Assembly: GCA_050945495.1 (NCBI GenBank)
Contig: JBMNTA010000006.1
Location: 16,178 to 80,177 of the forward strand
DNA from: Saccharofermentanales bacterium
GTDB lineage: Bacteria > Bacillota > Clostridia > Saccharofermentanales > DTU023
Reading direction: 5' to 3'
DNA length: 64,000 bases
The notes beneath the pieces were generated by a model, which worked only from the letters and a program-made list of their open reading frames with translations, was not told the origin of the DNA and made no database searches. Both the position numbers and the translations under genes were made by a program. This document shows, piece after piece, positions 1-7,270 of this stretch (its first letter is position 1; every line of letters starts with the position of its first letter).

Positions 1-104
1 CTTTGTTTCTCATCGTCGGAGACGAGCGTAAATTTCGACAGGTCAACTTGCATCGACAAGCTGTTCTTCACAAACGGCGCGTTGGGATCGCGAGGTTGTT
101 TCAT
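1..104 (-). CDS. ABC peptide-transporter permease, OppC/DppC-like (5' end only; continues beyond window start)
   Basis: ATG at 104-102, with GGAGGAGG (complement of 111-118) 6 nt upstream, directly after the stop of the OppB-like gene (118-120). Translates MKQPRDPNAPFVKNSLSMQVDLSKFTLVSDDEKQ. Family assigned from operon position only. Confidence 0.45.
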   Translation of the reverse strand, partial: MKQPRDPNAPFVKNSLSMQVDLSKFTLVSDDEKQ

Positions 105-117
105 ACGACGCCTCCTC

Positions 118-1029
118 CTAGTCAAACGTGATTCTCGGGTCCACCATTTTGTAGACGATGTCACTCAATAGAGTCATAAAGACCATGAGGGTCGCCAAGA
201 AAATGGTGGTGCCCATGATCATGGTGTAGTCGCGGTTCATCACCGATTGCACGAACTCTTTGCCAAGTCCCGGCAAGGTGAAGACCGTTTCGACCACCAT
301 GCTTCCCGTGAGCGTGTACGCGACCATCGGACCCAAGTACGTCACCACCGGCAGCACGGCGTTTCTGAGCGCATGCTTGTAGACGACCCGGGTCGGCGCC
401 ACGCCCTTGGCGCGTGCCGTCCGAATGTAGTCATCGGCCAAGACGTCGAGCATGCTCGATTTCGTCAGGCGCGTGATGTACGCGATCGGATACAGCGACA
501 ACGACAAGACCGGCAGAAAGTAACTCGGATTGTCGGCCCGGTACACCGGGAACCAGCCCAGTTGTTGCGCAAAAATCAACAACAACAACGTGGCCATGAC
601 AAAGCTCGGCACAGACTGGAACAACGTCGTAAAGAAGATGATGATCCGGTCGGACGCTTTGTTTCGGCGCAACGCGGCGATCATGCCGAGCAAAAGACCG
701 AAGAACAGCGACACCAAAATCGAATATCCGCCGACTTTGGCCGACACCGAAAATGAATTGCTGATCGTTTGCGAAATCTCGCGACCGTTGCGCATGGAGA
801 TGCCGAGATCTCCTTCGAACAGCCGACCGAGATAGATAAAGAATTGTTCGCCGAGCGGCTTGTCCAAATCGTACCGCTCGGTGAGCGCTTGAATGACCGC
901 CGGGTCGGAAGCTTTCTCGTTATCGAACGGACCGCCTTGAATGGCGTGCATCGCGAAAAAGGTGATCGCGATCACCACAAACACCGTTACGATGGCGAGC
1001 AAAAGACGCTTTATGATATAGCGCCACAT
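118..1029 (-). CDS. ABC oligopeptide/dipeptide transporter permease (OppB/DppB family)
   Basis: 303-aa ORF. N-terminal MWRYIIKRLLLAIVTVFVVIAITFF TM, then a loop and a multi-TM binding-protein-dependent permease core typical of OppB/DppB. SD GGAGGTGA upstream of ATG 1029. Confidence 0.9.
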   Translation of the reverse strand: MWRYIIKRLLLAIVTVFVVIAITFFAMHAIQGGPFDNEKASDPAVIQALTERYDLDKPLGEQFFIYLGRLFEGDLGISMRNGREISQTISNSFSVSAKVGGYSILVSLFFGLLLGMIAALRRNKASDRIIIFFTTLFQSVPSFVMATLLLLIFAQQLGWFPVYRADNPSYFLPVLSLSLYPIAYITRLTKSSMLDVLADDYIRTARAKGVAPTRVVYKHALRNAVLPVVTYLGPMVAYTLTGSMVVETVFTLPGLGKEFVQSVMNRDYTMIMGTTIFLATLMVFMTLLSDIVYKMVDPRITFD

Positions 1030-1104
1030 AACCCCTCATCACCTCCTGACTGACAGGTCGTCATCGAATGAAGATCGACAATATGCATAAAAGTCATGCA
1101 TATT

Positions 1105-1140
1105 TGAAAAAGAATACATAAAACCGCGCGGCACCGCGGT
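1105..1140 (-). terminator. terminator-like hairpin with U-rich tail inside the opp leader (possible attenuator)
   Basis: Minus strand ACCGCG-GTGCCG-CGCGGT (1140-1123), followed by TTTATGTATTCTTTTTC. It sits between the candidate promoter and the oppB SD. Confidence 0.4.
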
Positions 1141-1247
1141 CACGTGTTTCTCGTCCTTCATTACGTCTCTTCCGCTGTTCGGACGCGATCGCATGTGGAT
1201 CCGATCGCGGTCAGAAAGCCTTCAAAAGACGCCCATCGCTTTTATAA

Positions 1248-1276
1248 ACAATAAATGAACGACCCGGGGTTGTCAA
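1248..1276 (-). promoter_or_regulatory. candidate sigma-A promoter (TTGACA-17 nt-TATTGT) at the head of the opp leader
   Basis: Minus strand reads TTGACA (1276-1271), 17-nt spacer, TATTGT (1253-1248). It lies in a 448-nt AT-rich gap about 210 nt upstream of the oppB-like ATG. Confidence 0.4.
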
Positions 1277-1477
1277 TCGTATGAGCCCAGCAATTAAAAC
1301 ATGCAATTCGTGCATAATGCGCACAAATTACCGTTTATTCAGCTATATTTTCAGGCGAAATGACCATAAATAGACGCATGTAAAGGTACATTTGATGCAT
1401 AAAACACGGCCGTCATGTTCATAATATATTCACTTTTAACACTTTTAAAGAGAATGCCTGCAAATATATGCAGCACG

Positions 1478-3328
1478 TCATGCATCGAACTGGCTCTTAT
1501 ACATGTTGGCATAGAAGCCGTCGAGTTCGATGAGGTCGTGATGGTTGCCGCGCTCGATGATCGTGCCGTCGCCCATGACTAAAATCAAATCGGCATCGCG
1601 AATCGTCGACAGCCGATGAGCGATGACGATCGAAGTCCTGTTCTCCATCAATTGATCCATCGCGTGCTGGATCAACGCCTCGGTGCGCGTATCGATCGAA
1701 CTGGTCGCTTCGTCGAGGATCAGCATCGGCGCGTTTTCGATCATCGCCCGCGCAATCGTCAGCTGCTGCTTCTGCCCTTCCGAGATGGAGATCTCATCGC
1801 TGACGACGGTATCGTACCCTTCGGGCAAGGTCTCGATGAAATGATGGACCCCCACGAGCTTGCACACGCGCACGAGTTCCTCATCCGAGACATCGGGGCG
1901 CCCGTACGTGATGTTGTCGCGCAGAGTGCCTTCGAAAAGCCACGTGTCTTGCAGCACCATGCAGAAGAGATCGCGGACATTGGAACGCGTCAAGTTGCGG
2001 ATGTCGCAGCCGTCGAGGCGGATGGCGCCGTCGTCGATTTCGTAAAAGCGCATCAACAAATTGATCATGGTGGTCTTGCCGGCGCCGGTCGGCCCCACGA
2101 TCGCGACTTTCATGCCGGGCGCCACCGTCGCCGTGAAATCGCGGATCACGTCGTCCTCCATCCCTTCGTAACGGAAGCGCACGTGGTCGAATTCAAGGGC
2201 CCCGACGACGTCTTCGGGCGCAAGGTACGCCGTCTTGTGAGATTCGTCTTCCAAGTCGGGTTCATCGAGGAATTCAAAGATGCGCTCGGCCGCGGCCGCC
2301 GCCGATTGGAGGCGCGTGCCGATCTGCGCGAAACTCTGCAACGGCTGGGAGAACAAGCGAATGTACATCATGAACGCGACGATCACGGCAAACGGAATCT
2401 TGCCGCGCATCGCCAGCACGGCCCCGAGGATGCTGACGGCCACATAACTGATGTTGCCCACGAAGTTCATCAGCGGCATCATCATGGTCGACAGCGTCTG
2501 CGATTTGAACGCACTCGTCTGCAACGCCCGATTGATCTCATCGAAGGTCTCGCGCACGTCGTCTTCGTTGTTGTACGCCTTGATGACGTTGTGGCCGGCG
2601 TACACCTCTTCGACGTGGCCGTTCATACGCCCCAGATCGCGCTGCTGGGCGACGAAATAGCGCCGCGACACTTTGATGATGAGCGTCATCAAGAGGAATC
2701 CCAAGGCCGTCGTCGCGACGGCGGTCAACGCCATCCAGACGTTCGTGATGAGCATCATGATCATCGATCCCACAAAGATCGTCACATCTTCCAAGAGCGT
2801 CGCGACGCCTTGGTTCAGGGCTTCGCTCACGCCGTCGACGTCGTTCGTGACGCGACTCAGAATGTCGCCGAACGAGGCGCGGTTGAAAAAGTTCAACGGC
2901 ACGCTGTTGATCTTGCGGGAAACATCATGGCGGAGGCGATACGCCAATTGCTGCGTCACGCCCACCATCAAAAACGATTGCGTGTAGCGCGTCAGGGCGT
3001 TGATGACGTAGACGGCGGCCAAGGTGATGATCATCCGACGCATGGCCACGACGTCCATCGCGCCCGTGAGCCCCACTTCGATGATGCCGACGAGTCGACT
3101 CAAAAGGCGCGGCGCGATCAAGAGCGCCGCCGCGATGACGAGCCCGCACAAAAGCGCCACGATGATCTGCCACTTGTGCGGTGCGGCAAATCGAAGCAAC
3201 CGGCCCCACGACTTGCGGAAGGATTTCGGTTTCTCGCCCGGATTCGAGAGCGCGCGTCCCCCGCCTCCGATGCGCGGTTTTCGCTGAAGGTCCTGATTGT
3301 CCCCGACGTTGTAATCCTTGCGACTCAT
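1478..3328 (-). CDS. ABC exporter, fused permease/ATPase subunit (heterodimer partner with consensus catalytic site)
   Basis: 616 aa; exporter-type TMD plus NBD. Walker A GPTGAGKTT. Walker B LILDEATS keeps the catalytic Glu. Non-canonical signature ISEGQ. ATGA overlap with the upstream subunit at 3326-3330. Confidence 0.9.
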   Translation of the reverse strand: MSRKDYNVGDNQDLQRKPRIGGGGRALSNPGEKPKSFRKSWGRLLRFAAPHKWQIIVALLCGLVIAAALLIAPRLLSRLVGIIEVGLTGAMDVVAMRRMIITLAAVYVINALTRYTQSFLMVGVTQQLAYRLRHDVSRKINSVPLNFFNRASFGDILSRVTNDVDGVSEALNQGVATLLEDVTIFVGSMIMMLITNVWMALTAVATTALGFLLMTLIIKVSRRYFVAQQRDLGRMNGHVEEVYAGHNVIKAYNNEDDVRETFDEINRALQTSAFKSQTLSTMMMPLMNFVGNISYVAVSILGAVLAMRGKIPFAVIVAFMMYIRLFSQPLQSFAQIGTRLQSAAAAAERIFEFLDEPDLEDESHKTAYLAPEDVVGALEFDHVRFRYEGMEDDVIRDFTATVAPGMKVAIVGPTGAGKTTMINLLMRFYEIDDGAIRLDGCDIRNLTRSNVRDLFCMVLQDTWLFEGTLRDNITYGRPDVSDEELVRVCKLVGVHHFIETLPEGYDTVVSDEISISEGQKQQLTIARAMIENAPMLILDEATSSIDTRTEALIQHAMDQLMENRTSIVIAHRLSTIRDADLILVMGDGTIIERGNHHDLIELDGFYANMYKSQFDA

Positions 3329-5067
3329 CAGTCCAGCTCCTCCAACGACAATTGGGACAGCGCGATCTCACGGTAGACCGAACACGTTTTCAAAAGCTCG
3401 TCGTGGCGGCCGTTGCCGACGACGCGCCCTTCATCCAAGACAATGATGCGGTCGGCGTCGCGCACCGTTCCGATGCGTTGCGCCACGATCAAGGTCGTCG
3501 CCTCGGCGGTCTCGCGTTCCAGCGAACGGCGCACGCGGCGCTCCGTCGCATAGTCCAGGGCGGAAAAGGAATCGTCGAACAGATAAATCGACGGGGCGCG
3601 ATGGATCGCGCGCGCAATCGAAATGCGCTGCTTCTGACCGCCGGAGTAATTGGTTCCGCCGCGCGCCACCGGCGCGTCGTAGCCTTCCGGTAAATTTTCG
3701 ATGTACGAGGCAATCTCGGCGTTCGACGCCGCATGATGGAGCGTGACATCCGTCGTGCGGTCGCCGTAATCGATGTTGTCGGCGATCGTCCCGGAGAACA
3801 AGAAGGCCGTCTGCGGCACGTAGCCCATTGCATCTCGAAGGGAATGAAGTGTATACGATCGGACGTCCTTACCGTCAATGAGGACCTGCCCTTCCGTGGG
3901 ATCGTAAAAGCGCGGCACCAGGTTCAGGAGCGTGCTCTTCCCGCTGCCCGTCGCCCCGATGAAGGCCACGGTCTCGCCGGGCGCGATGCGGAAGGAAATG
4001 TCTTTCAGCACGCATTCGTTGGCGTCGGGATATCGGAAGCTGACGTTTCGAAACTCGATGGCGCCCATGAGATGCTCCGGCGCTTCCTCCCCGTCGCGAA
4101 TGGACGGCTCCGTGTCCAACACCTCGTTGATGCGGTTGGCCGAGATGGCGGCGCGGGGCGCCATCACGAAGAACATGGTCAAGACCATAAAGGACATGAC
4201 CACGTGGACGGCATAACGCATGAACACGATCATGTCGGAGAAAATCGGCAGGCGATCCGGGACCGCGGAGCGCATGATCAGGACGGCGCCGATGGCGTAA
4301 ATCGACACGGACAGGCCGTTCATGATGAGCCCCATGCTCGGACCTTGAATGCGCATGATGCGATGCGCCAAAAGGTTGTTTTTCGTCAACGCTTTGTTGG
4401 CGTCTTCGAATTTGCCCTCTTGATACCACTCGGCGTTGTACGCGCGGACGACGCGAATGCCGGTCAAATTCTCACGGGCGATGCGGTTGATCGCATCCGT
4501 CAATTTCGGAACACGCTTGAAACGCGGCATCGCCAACCCGAAGACGACGGCCAACATCGCAAACATGATCACCAGGGCAACCCCGGTCGCAATCGACCAG
4601 GCCTCCCCTTTTCGGGCGATTTTCGTCACCGCCCAAATGGCGGTGATGGGCGCACGGAACAACATGCGAATGCCCATGCCGACGTAGTGCTGAATCTGCG
4701 TGATGTCGTTCGTGGAGCGCGTGATCAGGGACGCCGTCGAAAAACGACTCATCTCTTCCATGGAAAACGAACTCACGCGTTCAAATTGTTTTTCGCGCAA
4801 ACCCATGCTGAAGTTGGCCGCGATGCGCGACGACAGGCCGGCAATCATGACGGCCGAAAGGAAGGCGCCCAGGGCACACAGAAGCATGTTGCCGCCGGCC
4901 CGAAGCACATCATCCATGGGACTTCCCGGCGTTTGCACCAAGGTGGTGACGTTCGACATGAAATCCGGCAGCCGCAACTCGAAATACGTGCGCAACAACG
5001 TGAAGCCCAAGCTCAAGAGCGTGAGCAGAACATCTCGCAAGCGCATGTGCCGTAACAGGCGAATCAT
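3328..5067 (-). CDS. ABC exporter, fused permease/ATPase subunit (degenerate-site partner)
   Basis: 579 aa; TMD plus NBD. Walker A GATGSGKST. Canonical signature YSGGQKQR. Walker B IYLFDDS has Asp in place of the catalytic Glu. Confidence 0.9.
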   Translation of the reverse strand: MIRLLRHMRLRDVLLTLLSLGFTLLRTYFELRLPDFMSNVTTLVQTPGSPMDDVLRAGGNMLLCALGAFLSAVMIAGLSSRIAANFSMGLREKQFERVSSFSMEEMSRFSTASLITRSTNDITQIQHYVGMGIRMLFRAPITAIWAVTKIARKGEAWSIATGVALVIMFAMLAVVFGLAMPRFKRVPKLTDAINRIARENLTGIRVVRAYNAEWYQEGKFEDANKALTKNNLLAHRIMRIQGPSMGLIMNGLSVSIYAIGAVLIMRSAVPDRLPIFSDMIVFMRYAVHVVMSFMVLTMFFVMAPRAAISANRINEVLDTEPSIRDGEEAPEHLMGAIEFRNVSFRYPDANECVLKDISFRIAPGETVAFIGATGSGKSTLLNLVPRFYDPTEGQVLIDGKDVRSYTLHSLRDAMGYVPQTAFLFSGTIADNIDYGDRTTDVTLHHAASNAEIASYIENLPEGYDAPVARGGTNYSGGQKQRISIARAIHRAPSIYLFDDSFSALDYATERRVRRSLERETAEATTLIVAQRIGTVRDADRIIVLDEGRVVGNGRHDELLKTCSVYREIALSQLSLEELD

Positions 5068-5134
5068 GCGCTACGCGTTCCTCGGATCCCTCGGGATGGG
5101 ATCCGTGAGACCCAACGGTCCGTCATCGAAACCA

Positions 5135-5494
5135 TCAATTTAAAATGCGGATATGCCCGATCAAGGGCAGTTCTTTCGCTTGGCCCTGTGCCGCATGGAC
5201 GATGCCCATGATCGCCCACACCGCAAACGGAATCCACAAGAGCGAAAAGATGACGGACAGAACGGTAAAGATCAACAACGAGCGCAACGCCAAGGCCTGA
5301 ACGATCCCCAAAATAATCGACAAAATCGCTTCACCGATGAAAAGCACCAACCCTTGATTCGTATGGAAACGAGCGTACGGCGAATCTTTCGCGGCCAATA
5401 ACGGGACCAACACCAGGATCCCGATGTACGACAAAATCGCCATCGCCTTGTTATCTCGAATGTCTTCGGGGGTGTATGCCTGTGATGTATCCAT
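5135..5494 (-). CDS. small membrane protein, DUF4870-like
   Basis: ORF-track 5135..5545 trimmed to MDTSQAY (ATG 5494, GGAGG 9 nt upstream). Motif ...KDSPYARFHTNQGLVLFIGEAILSIILG within 3-4 TM helices resembles DUF4870. Confidence 0.65.
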   Translation of the reverse strand: MDTSQAYTPEDIRDNKAMAILSYIGILVLVPLLAAKDSPYARFHTNQGLVLFIGEAILSIILGIVQALALRSLLIFTVLSVIFSLLWIPFAVWAIMGIVHAAQGQAKELPLIGHIRILN

Positions 5495-5574
5495 GATGAT
5501 CAGCCTCCGTTCGGTACGATCGACGTCGCACGTTGCATGCGACACTGCTCTTTATTATACGAGAAATCGGTGTA

Positions 5575-7197
5575 TTACGATTTGCCCCGTCGTTGATTGC
5601 GTTGACTCAAGACGACGATCGTCGTCACGATGGCGGCCACCAGCACCACCAGAGCAATCCCCACAATGAGGAGGATCGTCTGCAGCGACGGCGCACTTGA
5701 CTCCTCCGAGGCGGGCGGGACATTGTTCGCAGCCGACGCAATCCACGCCATGCTCGTCCGAGGCATGCTCGGCAAGGTCGACACGACCGGGGTCGTGACG
5801 AGGGCGAGCGGTTCGGTGGTGATGACGGGCGTCGTACCCTCCGTGGTCGTCGAGGGCTCGGTTGTCGCATTCGACGTCGAGGTTGTTTTCGTGGTCTTCG
5901 TCTTGGTCGTGGTGGTCGTGGTGGTCGTCGAGGTCGTCGTGGTCATCGTGGTGGTCGTGGCTTGGGCCTCGATTTTGGGCATCAACGTGAATCGTTCGGT
6001 AAGCTTCGGATGGAGCGGCTCGATGTGGTAGTCGTACGTCACCTTTTTGACGTTGGGATCGACCTTCAGCATCGTGACGCCCGTGATCGCGCCCCCTTGA
6101 ATATTCGAAATGCGCGAGAGATCGAACTGGCCGCCCGGCAGCGCTTTTAAATCGATCAGGCGATCGGTGCCGACCTTGACGGTGGCGACATTGTCGAAAC
6201 ATTTGACGTCCTTGATCGGCGCGGCGGGCGAAAGGTTCAGGTACGCGAGACGGTTGTTGCCGCAGTACACCGTCTGAAGCTTCGTCTGCGCTCCGAGATC
6301 GAGGTAGCGCAGCTGATTGTCGTAACACATCAGCTCTTCCAACCGCGCGTTCTTCGTCAGATTCAAGGCGTTCAACGCGTTTTGCTGACAATGCAACCGC
6401 GTGAGTTTCGAACACCCGACAACCTTCAGCGTCGCGATGTTGTTGACGCCGCATTCGAGGATTTCCAAGCGAGGACAGCCGCTCACATCGAGCGATGTGA
6501 GGTGACCGAAGTTGGCGATGATCACTTCCAAGGCCGGGTTGTTCGAGACGTTGAGGCTTTGGACGATGGAATCTTCCATGTCGAGGCTCTGCAATTTCTT
6601 GTTTTTGGAGAGGTCGAGTTTCGTGAGCGCCGTCCCGCCGCAGACGAGATGTTCCAGCTTGGGACAGGCCGAAAGCTTCAGCGCGGCAAGCGACGGGTTG
6701 TATCGACAGTTGAGCCCCGTCAGCGCCGGATGTCGGTCGAGTCGAAGCGCTTTCAAATCGTTCGAGGAACAGATGAGGCTTTCCAGCTTCGACGACGCCG
6801 GCATCTCGAGCGACGTCATCCCGTTGTCGGAACAATCGAGAAACGTCAGCGCCGGATGATGGGGAAGCGTCAGTTTCGGGATGCTGTTCTCGGCGCAATC
6901 GAGGTATTCGCAGTCATTGAAATATTCGATGCCCGTCAAATTCCCGATGCCCATGCCGCGGACGGCGATCATGGTCGCGGCCTGCACCTCCGACAGACTC
7001 AAAATGCCATCGCCGTCGGTGTCAAATTGATCGGATACGTAGGTGCGAAACACCGGATCCGGGAAATGGACGGCATCGATCTCGGCGATGCCTTCGGCAC
7101 GCGCCGCATAAGACGGCATGATCCAAAGGCACAGCAAAAGCGCCATGACAAAACATAACGCACGACGGATGTTCGATAAAGCTCGGACCGTTGGCAT
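5575..7197 (-). CDS. leucine-rich-repeat surface protein with Thr-rich stalk and C-terminal membrane anchor
   Basis: 540 aa. Signal peptide ends SYAARAEG. DTDGDGILSLSE Ca-loop-like cap. About 11 repeats of 21-22 aa with pattern LxxLxCxxNxLxxLxL. Thr-rich linker, one C-terminal TM and RNQRRGKS tail. No LPXTG. Confidence 0.8.
   Translation of the reverse strand: MPTVRALSNIRRALCFVMALLLCLWIMPSYAARAEGIAEIDAVHFPDPVFRTYVSDQFDTDGDGILSLSEVQAATMIAVRGMGIGNLTGIEYFNDCEYLDCAENSIPKLTLPHHPALTFLDCSDNGMTSLEMPASSKLESLICSSNDLKALRLDRHPALTGLNCRYNPSLAALKLSACPKLEHLVCGGTALTKLDLSKNKKLQSLDMEDSIVQSLNVSNNPALEVIIANFGHLTSLDVSGCPRLEILECGVNNIATLKVVGCSKLTRLHCQQNALNALNLTKNARLEELMCYDNQLRYLDLGAQTKLQTVYCGNNRLAYLNLSPAAPIKDVKCFDNVATVKVGTDRLIDLKALPGGQFDLSRISNIQGGAITGVTMLKVDPNVKKVTYDYHIEPLHPKLTERFTLMPKIEAQATTTTMTTTTSTTTTTTTTKTKTTKTTSTSNATTEPSTTTEGTTPVITTEPLALVTTPVVSTLPSMPRTSMAWIASAANNVPPASEESSAPSLQTILLIVGIALVVLVAAIVTTIVVLSQRNQRRGKS
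5803..5958 (-). repeat. low-complexity Thr-codon run inside the LRR gene
   Basis: Encodes ATTTTMTTTTSTTTTTTTTKTKTTKTTSTSNATTEPSTTTEGTTP. Plus strand shows reiterated ggtcgtggt/gtcgtc units. Confidence 0.8.
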
Positions 7198-7270
7198 GGG
7201 GGATCTCCTTCACGCGTCTCGCCTCGCCAAGCGAGGCCTTCGAAATACGTGCGCCCATCATACGCTTTCC

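Noticed and set aside
1123-1150. T-box-like string GUGACCGCGG adjoining the leader terminator upstream of opp
   Set aside because: It lacks the UGGN bulge that pairs with the tRNA NCCA end. The upstream leader (about 100 nt) is too short for Stem I and the specifier loop, and the K-turn and AG-bay motifs are not found.
1346-1360. CodY-box-like sequence TATTTTCAGGCGAAA upstream of the peptide permease genes
   Set aside because: Only about 9 of 15 positions match AATTTTCWGAAAATT. The right half of the palindrome is missing.
1616-3376. Long antisense ORFs opposite real genes. Listed ORFs: 1616..3376, 3733..5055, 8474..9997, 10206..11954, 15923..17860, 18199..20028, 26656..28281, 37823..39823, 43880..45403, 54224..56269, 59014..60075, 59574..60632.
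   Set aside because: Each lies opposite or out of frame to a gene with clear family motifs. Composition is dominated by R, H, D, G and P. None has a credible SD/start. This is the expected by-product of high GC3.
5555-6898. 447-aa minus-strand ORF overlapping the LRR gene in another frame
   Set aside because: It is the same strand but an alternative frame of 5575..7197. The LRR frame has a signal peptide, regular repeats and a TM anchor. The alternative frame is R/H/D-rich and featureless.
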